IMG/VR virus record: IMGVR_UViG_3300016667_000229
Location: 1-32,635 of that record
DNA length: 32,635 nt
From: a virus
Lineage: Duplodnaviria; Caudoviricetes
Strand: one strand, 5' to 3'
Shown here: positions 8,515 to 16,771 of the stretch, one piece after another
How the letters are laid out: each line of letters starts with the position of its first letter
How positions within the stretch are numbered: the first letter of the stretch is position 1
Position numbers and translations under genes: made by a program
Notes under the pieces: generated by a model
Told to the model about the DNA's origin: nothing
Databases searched by the model: none
The model's input: only the letters and a program-made list of their open reading frames with translations

Positions 8515-11500
8515 TAGTATTGGGTCTCCGCATAAATCTGTGAGACATCAAACGCAGGAGCAGATGAAGTGCTTGTGTTGTTTCCTCTGATTATTTGAAC
8601 ACCCAAACCTACGGTATTTCTTGGAAGATCGGTAGTAAGAGTTCCGCTGGTATTTGCACCAGTTGAGATGTTTGTTACTTCGTAGTAAATTGCGGTATCG
8701 TTTGGCTTTGCAAACAAAATCAATTCCATGAAACTGGTGTTATCAACTGGAAAGCTTGCACCAAGTGATGTCATTGTTGCAGTTCCAGTATTGTCATTTG
8801 AACCAATGGACCAAACGGTAGCACCATCAATTGCATATAGACCAACGGAATCTGCCAATGACTCTACATTGAATGAAGTGGTGTTGGCCATTGCCGTAAG
8901 TGTTGTGCTTAGACCAACAAATGCTTCTCCACCTGTGTTCAGCGTGGCATCGCTGATTGCAAACCTGAATAGAACATAGAAACCACCAAGAGAACCTGAG
9001 TTACCTCTCCAGCAGAATAGACCACTGTTTGGAGAACGCATCTGTGCCCAGGATTGAGCTGCTGATGTTGTAGCCACATATGCATGTCTTGTGATGGTTG
9101 ACAGCAGGTTTGTTGTTGCAAAGTTCCTAGCTGTTATGGTTCCAACCGTTGTAAAGGCAGGAAAACCAAAGACACCAGCAACTGCGTTTGTGTTGGATGC
9201 GTTGTAGATTCTGACTTTGTTCTTTGCAAGGCATACCTGCAGGTTAGAAACAAACCCACTTTCATCCTTGAATGCAAGTTGTTCTCTATTAGCATATGTA
9301 ATAGGGTACAACACAAGTTCATTTGATGATGGAGTTGATGGGGCAGAACCAGGTTTGATAAGCTTTAGGTTTCCACCAGCTTCAATAGCAACTTGAGAAG
9401 CACCTGCAATAACCAGATTTGAATCATTGAACTGAACTTGTCTATCAGAGCCACCAGGAGAGGCAGATCCTCCAGTATTATCCGTTCCAGGTTCCCAAAC
9501 CGCACTGATGTTGTTCCACTTTAGAACCTGACCAGAGGTTGCTCCACCCTGTGCGATTCTGGCCAAAGCAAGAGAACCAGATGTAATATCCGAAGCACTG
9601 TGGGTATGGCTTGTTGAAGCCTTGCCAGCTAGGTCAGTTACAAGATTTGTAATATCAGACTGAGCATGGGTGTGGCTTGTTGAAGCCTTACCAGCTAGGT
9701 CGGTTACCAGATTGGTAATGTCCGACTGAGCATGGGTATGCGATGGAAGATCCGAACCAGTGGCAATACTAAGGACACCAGTTCCAGCTGTTGTGGTATT
9801 CTTCAAGATACCAGTGGCAAGGGATCCAAGTGACTGTTCGTTAGTAAGCGTTCCATCGGATGTCTGTACGATGTAGGTTGCTCCGACTGGAGCACCACCG
9901 CTTGCAGTGGCACTGATGGTCATGGTGCTTCCATCGATGACGATTCCAGAACCAGCCGTATAGTAGTCACCCACACCAGTATCATCGAATCCAACCAAAC
10001 TATTGGTCGTTGATTGATTGCTTAGTTTCACTGGAGTAATCGAGCTGTTTGCCAGTTTGGCGTTGGTGACGGACAGTGCGGTTATTTCCGACGTTCCTAC
10101 TGTGTTCAATGTTGCCAGCGTGCCGAAACCAGCCGTGGTCTTTGTCATGTTCTTCCATACACCAGTGGCATTGTCCCACGCAAGGAGATCCTTGTCGGCT
10201 GGTGTCGATGGAATACTGACGTTGTGCAGTTCGTTCAACTCGTATCCGTTGTCTATCTTGACGTAGATCCGTCCAGCTGAACCAGATGATGTTGACATGA
10301 CCCAGCCAATAACAACACCGTGTGCTGGTGCGGTTGGACGGGTTCTTGTGAACTCTCCAGCCGTCTCGGACAACCACAGAAGGTCGCCATTTACAAGCGG
10401 TGTGTCGATTCCAGTCAGGTTGGTGAGTACACCCTGGGTTATGATGAACCCATCTGCGCTGTCTGCAATTGACTCGGCTGTTATACCTATGGTTGATGCC
10501 GATGTCGATTCATCGGTTGCATCTGCCAAGGCAACCGTAAGGTTGTCACCAAGCGATCCAGTGATCCTTACCACCTTGCCCTTGGCAATGGTGGATCCAG
10601 TATTGTTCCTGACCAGTTTCATCACCGCTTGATTGAGCGAAGAACTGTATGTTCCAGTAGTTACTGTTGCATCACTTATTGTTCCACCAGTGATGGCAAC
10701 AGCCGAGGCATCCTGAGTGGCCATCGTCCCAAGGCCAAGTGTAGTTCTCATGGCCGAGGTGGATGTGTCATCCAGCAATGTCCGCGCCGTGGATGTCAGT
10801 GGGGTGGTCGTGAATGTATCCGAACCAGTTGCATAGATCACGGTATCAGCTGAAGTGGTTACACCTGCCAATGCAGTAAGGGTTGCATCCTGTGCTGGAA
10901 CATCGATTACCATTGTATTTGCGGCTTCATCAAGGGTCAGTGTTGCCTGACCAGTAGCGGATGGAATCAGGGTTCTAGTGACCCCAGAGTCGGCATTCCA
11001 CCATACGAGCCTGCTTGTTGCCTGTTGGGCTGGGGGTGGTTGAATGGAATTGTAGGAAAGTGTATAACCGCTCAGCCAGCCAGTTCTACTGATATTCACC
11101 CACTTTGAGGTTGCCACATTCCATGTAAGGATATCGTTGCCGACAATGCTGGTCAATACCACATCGGATAGTTCTGATAGGGCTGCCGATGTAGTCGTTG
11201 CCGTTTCCTTTGATGCAAGCATGACACCAGGTGTCACACATGAATCTTGAAGCAGACGAATTACCTCGAGACTGTTTGTCCTGACAACCGATGCCGTGGT
11301 AGAGGTTGCAAGGTGACGGACGTGAAGTCCAGTGTAGGCTGTTGTGGTGGCATCATTTGAACCATACAGGGTGTTCTCGGTCTCGGCCACGATGGCACCG
11401 TCGACATAGAACACGGCCTTGGTTCCCTGATCGCAGATCACAACCTGAAGGGTATGCTCGTCCGTGATAAGGAAGTCCGTATCAAATCCGAAGGTTTCCT

Positions 11501-13664
11501 CGTAGTAGATATCAGGTAGGGCATAGACATCGGGCTCATGCCATACCGCACATCTCCAGGTGTTCCCAGTTGGCGAGGTGATGAATCCGACCATTCTCTG
11601 CAGTGAACCACCCACATCAATCGGATCCCAACTTGCCTGTGCGTGGGTAATGAACGCACCGACGATGCAGTACATGTCGGTAGGATCCCAGGTATTGATC
11701 TGCCCGTTCCACTTGACGATCAGGTCGTTGTCGAGGCTGTCATAATCAGCCAGTGCACCTTGGTGAAGCCACCATCGGTCATTGTCCGCTCCACTTGTGG
11801 TGGTCAGCAGGTATCCATTGGTGTAGTCGAAGTACTCGGGGTGATTCTGTGAACCAGCTCCTATATTGCTGGTTCGCCATGTAAAATTCCCGTATGAGGT
11901 TCCATCCATGTACAGGTGTTCAAGGATATCGGTAGCTCCTGTAGCCGTTGCTGGTCCCCACGCAGATCCGTTCCATGTAAGAACCTGATTTGTCGTGGCT
12001 GAGCCCTGATTGATGTCGGTATAGGAGTGAGTGTGGCTTGAAGCAGCCTTACCTGCCAGATCAGATACCAGGTTGGTAATGTCTGATTGTGCGTGAGTGT
12101 GGCTTGAAGCAGCCTTGCCTGCTAGGTCAGACACCAGGTTGGTGATATCAGACTGGGCATGGGTATGGCTTTCTGGTACAGTGATGGTGAAGGTATTTGC
12201 CGTGTTGTCGTGAGACGCAGAGGCAAGACCAGCACCGTTAAGGGTGACTGTTCTTAGAAGACCAGTATCGTTATTCCACCAGATTAGCCTACCGCTTACC
12301 TGTTGTCCAGCTGCTAGTGTAGTTTGAGTAATGGAGTGAGAGTGAAAGTTAGCCAGTGATGATGCTGGTGTATTTATCCAATCAGAGGCTCCCTTGATCA
12401 GGATATCATTGATTGCTACTGAAGTAAGTGTGATATCATCAAGACCAGCAAGCGTGGTGCTGACTGTTCCTGGTGCCCACTCGGTACCATCAAAGATCAA
12501 CGCCTGACCTGTAGTTGCGCCGCCATCATCAAGTGTATCAAGCGGAAGCAACCTATCGGCATTCAGCGTTGCGATTCCATTCGGTCCATCCAGCATGTCG
12601 TGGATAAGTTCATATCCAAGACCAACTGCACCATCCACGTAATTCTTGGTTGCCGCGTCAGTCATGACGGTTGGTTCGGCCAGATCCAATTCAGCTTGGG
12701 TAATGACGGGCATTCCCCAGGTCTGGTTTCCAAGAAGAACATATCCAGCCTGTGGATCGTTGGTGGCAAACAGCTCGTTCGGAAGCTTGCCATTGATATC
12801 CAGTCCAGCAATTCCCTGGGGTTGATTGCGTCTATCCAGGAAGTAGTTCTCGACCACGCCACCAGCAATCGGCTCGATTGTTCCAGTTGTGATGGTCCAA
12901 TTTGAGTCTGGATCAATAACCGTGATTTCGTTCTTGGTACCCGCCGTTACTCCAGAGCCTCCACCACCTGTTGGTGCTGGTGCGTTTACCCACGCAGTTC
13001 CATTGAACTGCAGGATTTCCGTATTTGCTGGAGCAGTGAGAGTAACATTTGTGATATCCTCCAGGGCAAAGGTCTGCGCTGGAATATCGAGGTTTACCCA
13101 TTGTTCCAGTCCAGCATCCCATGTGAGGACCTGTCCATCCTGCGGTGCTTCCACAGGGTAGTCGACATCGCCAAGCTGCTGCATGACAACGGTGCTCATC
13201 TTCAGCACACCGACAGGGACAAGATCCGCCCAGAAGTTCACACCATCGCCAATTCTGATTTCATTGGTCGTGGTGTCGTATCCGATTTCGCCATTGTCAA
13301 GGATGGTGGATGTTGCCGCCCATCCGACAGTGGTGTCTCTTCGGACCTGCATGACTTGACCAGCCGTGTCGGCGGAACCGCCATCCAGCGGTCCTTGGTC
13401 AATCTTTTGATTGATAAGCGTAACAAGTGTAGGATCAAGGGACCATGTTGCACCACTATCGGTTACAACAATGTCTCCCTTGTCTCCATCAGCTACCGTT
13501 CCGCTTCCAATCGGAGTGAGATCAAGCCATGCACTTGATCCATCTCCTACTCTGATCTCTTTGTTTGTAAGATCATACGAGATCTCTCCCAACGAGAGAG
13601 TCGGATTTACCGACTCCCAGCTTGCATAGGAGTCTCGTCTGATCTTGATGATGTCATAAGCCAT
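8514..13664 (-). CDS. Long modular tail fibre / receptor-binding protein (1716 aa)
   Basis: Two Mtd_N-like N-terminal modules (IKIRRD..W...NPTL..GEI.YD......RVGDG), repeated GQVLTWNG..W motifs, HTH-type fibre repeats, DAATKNYVD, beta-sandwich-like internal and C-terminal domains; SD AGGAG. Confidence 0.9.
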   Translation of the reverse strand: MAYDIIKIRRDSYASWESVNPTLSLGEISYDLTNKEIRVGDGSSAWLDLTPIGSGTVADGDKGDIVVTDSGATWSLDPTLVTLINQKIDQGPLDGGSADTAGQVMQVRRDTTVGWAATSTILDNGEIGYDTTTNEIRIGDGVNFWADLVPVGVLKMSTVVMQQLGDVDYPVEAPQDGQVLTWDAGLEQWVNLDIPAQTFALEDITNVTLTAPANTEILQFNGTAWVNAPAPTGGGGSGVTAGTKNEITVIDPDSNWTITTGTIEPIAGGVVENYFLDRRNQPQGIAGLDINGKLPNELFATNDPQAGYVLLGNQTWGMPVITQAELDLAEPTVMTDAATKNYVDGAVGLGYELIHDMLDGPNGIATLNADRLLPLDTLDDGGATTGQALIFDGTEWAPGTVSTTLAGLDDITLTSVAINDILIKGASDWINTPASSLANFHSHSITQTTLAAGQQVSGRLIWWNNDTGLLRTVTLNGAGLASASHDNTANTFTITVPESHTHAQSDITNLVSDLAGKAASSHTHAQSDITNLVSDLAGKAASSHTHSYTDINQGSATTNQVLTWNGSAWGPATATGATDILEHLYMDGTSYGNFTWRTSNIGAGSQNHPEYFDYTNGYLLTTTSGADNDRWWLHQGALADYDSLDNDLIVKWNGQINTWDPTDMYCIVGAFITHAQASWDPIDVGGSLQRMVGFITSPTGNTWRCAVWHEPDVYALPDIYYEETFGFDTDFLITDEHTLQVVICDQGTKAVFYVDGAIVAETENTLYGSNDATTTAYTGLHVRHLATSTTASVVRTNSLEVIRLLQDSCVTPGVMLASKETATTTSAALSELSDVVLTSIVGNDILTWNVATSKWVNISRTGWLSGYTLSYNSIQPPPAQQATSRLVWWNADSGVTRTLIPSATGQATLTLDEAANTMVIDVPAQDATLTALAGVTTSADTVIYATGSDTFTTTPLTSTARTLLDDTSTSAMRTTLGLGTMATQDASAVAITGGTISDATVTTGTYSSSLNQAVMKLVRNNTGSTIAKGKVVRITGSLGDNLTVALADATDESTSASTIGITAESIADSADGFIITQGVLTNLTGIDTPLVNGDLLWLSETAGEFTRTRPTAPAHGVVIGWVMSTSSGSAGRIYVKIDNGYELNELHNVSIPSTPADKDLLAWDNATGVWKNMTKTTAGFGTLATLNTVGTSEITALSVTNAKLANSSITPVKLSNQSTTNSLVGFDDTGVGDYYTAGSGIVIDGSTMTISATASGGAPVGATYIVQTSDGTLTNEQSLGSLATGILKNTTTAGTGVLSIATGSDLPSHTHAQSDITNLVTDLAGKASTSHTHAQSDITNLVTDLAGKASTSHTHSASDITSGSLALARIAQGGATSGQVLKWNNISAVWEPGTDNTGGSASPGGSDRQVQFNDSNLVIAGASQVAIEAGGNLKLIKPGSAPSTPSSNELVLYPITYANREQLAFKDESGFVSNLQVCLAKNKVRIYNASNTNAVAGVFGFPAFTTVGTITARNFATTNLLSTITRHAYVATTSAAQSWAQMRSPNSGLFCWRGNSGSLGGFYVLFRFAISDATLNTGGEAFVGLSTTLTAMANTTSFNVESLADSVGLYAIDGATVWSIGSNDNTGTATMTSLGASFPVDNTSFMELILFAKPNDTAIYYEVTNISTGANTSGTLTTDLPRNTVGLGVQIIRGNNTSTSSAPAFDVSQIYAETQY
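9600..9740 (-). repeat. 66-bp tandem repeat (2 units plus partial) encoding HTHAQSDITNLVTDLAGKASTS
   Basis: Visible in DNA and protein; resembles the His-x-His phage tail repeat. Confidence 0.9.
12027..12167 (-). repeat. 66-bp tandem repeat (2 units plus partial) encoding HTHAQSDITNLVSDLAGKAASS
   Basis: Second block of the same repeat, about 2.4 kb from the first, with synonymous divergence. Confidence 0.9.
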
Positions 13665-13676
13665 CTAATTCTCCTA

Positions 13677-13949
13677 TCATAGGGAGCTGTAGGCCCCGCC
13701 ACCGTTTGCTGGAGTTGTTCCGCTATAGGCTGAATCACCTGCATCGATTTCGATTACATGATCTTCGGCTGCGAAACCGCCATCCAGTCCAGTGGTTGGA
13801 GGAGTTCCTCCACTCAGGCCCGTGATTGTTGTGATTTGACCACTTGAATAGACAACCACCAGATTGCCGTCACCGTTGACGTACATCCTGGAGATTGTGT
13901 TGCCATCCAGTTCAGGTGGTCGTGGTACTATCCGTTTGTAATTGGGCAT
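13677..13949 (-). CDS. 90-aa G/T-rich tail fibre accessory protein
   Basis: Start moved to ATG 13949 (MPNYKRIVPRPPELDG) with SD AAGGAG; LDGG and related motifs like the one preceding the second Mtd_N-like module of the adjacent fibre. Confidence 0.65.
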   Translation of the reverse strand: MPNYKRIVPRPPELDGNTISRMYVNGDGNLVVVYSSGQITTITGLSGGTPPTTGLDGGFAAEDHVIEIDAGDSAYSGTTPANGGGAYSSL

Positions 13950-14469
13950 CCGATGCAGACTCCTTTCGTTTCTTGAACGCAGAATCAAGCATTGGATCCT
14001 TCGCACGCATGAAGGCAATCGCCTCCCTGATGTCGGTCTTTCCACTAAGTGCCTCGTCAAGAAGCTTGGCTTGATCCTGCTTGTGTTCTGGAATCAATCC
14101 AAGGATCTTTCTGATTGCCGTTCCAACTCCCGTATACCACAGGAGAATTAGAATGGCAATCACGGCAAGGGAGATCATCACGATCTCAAGGGTGTTTGCC
14201 CACCAAGGTACAATATCCTTTACGCCCGAGGTCGCCTCGATGACTCCTTGGGCTTTCTCAATAATAGCGGTCTGTTCGAGAATCCCTTGATGGGATCTCT
14301 GCGAGATTTCCTCGAGTCTTGGGGGGACTGCTGACGCTGCTGAGATGATTCCTTCAAAGTGAGCCTTCGATTCTTGGGCGTGCGTGGTGATGTCGTTGCT
14401 GTTTCTCTGGATCTTCTCGACCGCCGAGCAGGAACACAAAAGCAACGGAAATAGAAATACAAGTTTCAT
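13912..14469 (-). CDS. Lipoprotein with internal transmembrane helix (unimolecular-spanin-like topology), 185 aa
   Basis: Start moved to ATG 14469 (SD GAGG): MKLVFLFPLLLCSC has a lipobox; helical segment, then TM LEIVMISLAVIAILILLWYTGV and a charged tail. Confidence 0.7.
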   Translation of the reverse strand: MKLVFLFPLLLCSCSAVEKIQRNSNDITTHAQESKAHFEGIISAASAVPPRLEEISQRSHQGILEQTAIIEKAQGVIEATSGVKDIVPWWANTLEIVMISLAVIAILILLWYTGVGTAIRKILGLIPEHKQDQAKLLDEALSGKTDIREAIAFMRAKDPMLDSAFKKRKESASDAQLQTDSTTTT

Positions 14470-14476
14470 GTCAGCC

Positions 14477-15868
14477 TCACGGTGCAATCGAGAAGGTGTA
14501 TCTGATTGGTGAGTTACTGACGGTAAGATTGAATGCCGTGTTTTCAGCACCACCGTAATAGGCTACGGTAGCTCCACCGCTTGCCACTGGTGCACTGATT
14601 GCTGGGATGTGCAGGCTGGTGCTTGGAGGCAGCGTGATCTTGTGGATTGCCACCGCCAGTTCGGCACCACTGCGCTCACGCCGTGAGTAGAACTTCACGG
14701 TCTGGGTTGTGCTGTTGTTCTGCACCGTAATTCCCTTGCCAGCATCGGATCCCGTAGTCACGCTTGTGAATGACAGGTTGCCAAGGCTGTCTGGATTGAC
14801 GTTGATGTTGTATGCGCCACCGCCAGAGTTGGCCTTGATCTGTCCATATACACAGGATGCCGCTACGAGCGCGGTCGTTGTGAATGTGCCAGATACGGAT
14901 AGGTTTCCAGTGATGGTCGTGTTGCCTTCAACGGATAGTCCACCAAGATTATCCTTGTTCTTTGCCCGAATGGTGATGCCGCTCAGGGTGTTGGAGTTAT
15001 TGAAGATCTTGATGTATCTTCCATCATCAGACATGTTGCAGCGAAGACGGAGATCATTGCTTGACGCACCGCCATCCGTTCCACTGCTGCAGGCAATACT
15101 GCTGTCCACATACACGATGCCGCCGAATGTCTTGGTACCGCTGATGGTTTGATCCGTATCGGTGGTTACCACAACCGTCTCTGCAGTAGTGCCAAGTGCG
15201 GAAAACTCAACGGGTACGGCAAAGGTGGCTTCCGTTGTTGACAGCGTCAGGGCGGTGGTTGCCGTACTTCCGCTGTCAGTTGGCTTGAATACCAGCGACT
15301 TGCTTACTCCCTGCCCACTCAGTGTTGCCGTGCTTGACAGGAAGATGTTGGTTGAGAATGTCTTTGCACCCGCCACCGTCTGGTTCGTGGTTAGATCCAC
15401 GCCACCAGAACTGATGGTCCAAGTTGTTCCGTTCCATACATACAGGTTTGAATCAGTGGTGTTGTACCATAGCAGACCAGTATCGCTGGCGTTTGGGGTC
15501 GGGGTAATACCAGTATAGTAGATCCTACCAGCGGATGTGAGAACACCACGCTGATTGAACGAGTTGAGTACGGTGCCTCCGCTGTTCTTGATCTCGATGA
15601 AGTTGTTGGTCTGAGATACGTTTCCCGTGATGCTCAATGTCTTGTTGGTCAGGTTGTACTTAAGTCCAGTGGCTGGATTGAGTAGATTCTGTCCACCAGA
15701 TCGTTCAAGATACACCACGGTCGTGTCAAAATCAGTTGAATTCTCAAGACTGACAGGACTCGAGTTGGTCACGGTCCATGCGTGGTTTGAGGCCGAGTAT
15801 TCCCATTGCGTCACGCCATCGCTGTGGGTTGCCCCATCGGCTGGGCTATTTGGAAAGTTGATTGGCAT
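14477..15868 (-). CDS. Tail fibre protein (463 aa)
   Basis: N-terminal MPINFPNSPADG..W module, GLLWYNTTDSNLYVWNGTTW, QTVAGAKTF and QTISGTKTF fibre repeats, T/S/G-rich. Confidence 0.85.
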   Translation of the reverse strand: MPINFPNSPADGATHSDGVTQWEYSASNHAWTVTNSSPVSLENSTDFDTTVVYLERSGGQNLLNPATGLKYNLTNKTLSITGNVSQTNNFIEIKNSGGTVLNSFNQRGVLTSAGRIYYTGITPTPNASDTGLLWYNTTDSNLYVWNGTTWTISSGGVDLTTNQTVAGAKTFSTNIFLSSTATLSGQGVSKSLVFKPTDSGSTATTALTLSTTEATFAVPVEFSALGTTAETVVVTTDTDQTISGTKTFGGIVYVDSSIACSSGTDGGASSNDLRLRCNMSDDGRYIKIFNNSNTLSGITIRAKNKDNLGGLSVEGNTTITGNLSVSGTFTTTALVAASCVYGQIKANSGGGAYNINVNPDSLGNLSFTSVTTGSDAGKGITVQNNSTTQTVKFYSRRERSGAELAVAIHKITLPPSTSLHIPAISAPVASGGATVAYYGGAENTAFNLTVSNSPIRYTFSIAP

Positions 15869-15877
15869 TAGTATCCT

Positions 15878-16768
15878 TTAGATGGGAGCGGAGACATCGA
15901 CCCAATAGCCGACCTCTCCATCTGTTGTCTCGTCACTTGAACCATATCTATCGTCTGGAACGTAGATGTACAGGCGACCATTGTTGGTATTCCACCACAA
16001 CGACCCCCATCCAAACAGACCGTCACCACCGCTTGAACGGGTGGGAGCGGTAAGGCCACTGAAGAATGACGATGGAAGGAGTCCGATTGCGGATGGCAGC
16101 TGAGATGTGGGGATCTGGCCATTCTCATCCAGGGTTGCAATTCCATTGGGAGCACCCATGAGATCATCCAGGGTATCGTCCACATACGCCTTGGTTGCAG
16201 CATCCTGTGCTGCGGTTGGATCGGCTAGATTGACGATGTTGAATCCATCGGCATCCGCGTCCCTGACCATTGGAGTAAGGACTACATCGGCATCCTCGCG
16301 GTAGATCGCTCGGTTTGCCGTGTCCGTTACCTCCTGGATGAGACCAAGAAGGTGGTTTGTATTGAGATTCAGCTGGTCAGCCGTGATCCGTGAGCCAGTT
16401 GTCCATTGGACATAGGGCTCTGAAAGCACGTTGACGCGCTTGACTGTGATTGATTCCCCTCCACTGAGTGCTGGATACTCGACTTCCGAGTTGTCATCCA
16501 TTGTGTACCGTGCAGTTGAGGGAATTGTGATTGCCGTAATTGTCCTATTGACCTCATCAAGAGTTAACCACTCCGACGATACCTGACCCATTCCACGGTA
16601 TTCGGCAAGTGACAGGGGAGAACCATACAGGTCCTCGATGTCGTTTCTGAAGATCAACAGTTGTTCCTGCTGATCAACGCCTTCCACCATGGTCAGGGCG
16701 GCATAGGAAATCGGCAGCGAATATGTCGTATCCGTCGAGATTGTTACGGTCGTTTGATTCGTAGCCAT
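15878..16768 (-). CDS. Short tail fibre adaptor with T7 gp17-like N-terminal anchor
   Basis: PALSGGESITVKRV...VQWTTGSRITADQLNLN..HLL.LIQEVTD matches the gp17 N-terminal anchoring pattern; then LADPTAAQDAATKAYVD and GIATLDENGQIP. Confidence 0.8.
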   Translation of the reverse strand: MATNQTTVTISTDTTYSLPISYAALTMVEGVDQQEQLLIFRNDIEDLYGSPLSLAEYRGMGQVSSEWLTLDEVNRTITAITIPSTARYTMDDNSEVEYPALSGGESITVKRVNVLSEPYVQWTTGSRITADQLNLNTNHLLGLIQEVTDTANRAIYREDADVVLTPMVRDADADGFNIVNLADPTAAQDAATKAYVDDTLDDLMGAPNGIATLDENGQIPTSQLPSAIGLLPSSFFSGLTAPTRSSGGDGLFGWGSLWWNTNNGRLYIYVPDDRYGSSDETTDGEVGYWVDVSAPI

Positions 16769-16771
16769 GTA

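Noticed and set aside
9600-12167. 66-bp periodic repeats as a CRISPR array
   Set aside because: Units are contiguous, in frame, lack unique spacers and diverge mainly at synonymous positions.
8514-13664. Diversity-generating retroelement suggested by Mtd_N-like modules
   Set aside because: No reverse transcriptase, no template/variable repeat pair differing at adenines, and no recognisable C-type lectin tip in the window; Mtd_N is a generic fibre module.
13664-13679. Readthrough fusion of the 90-aa gene to the in-frame long fibre
   Set aside because: Three stops intervene (TGA TAG GAG AAT TAG ATG) and the fibre has its own SD.
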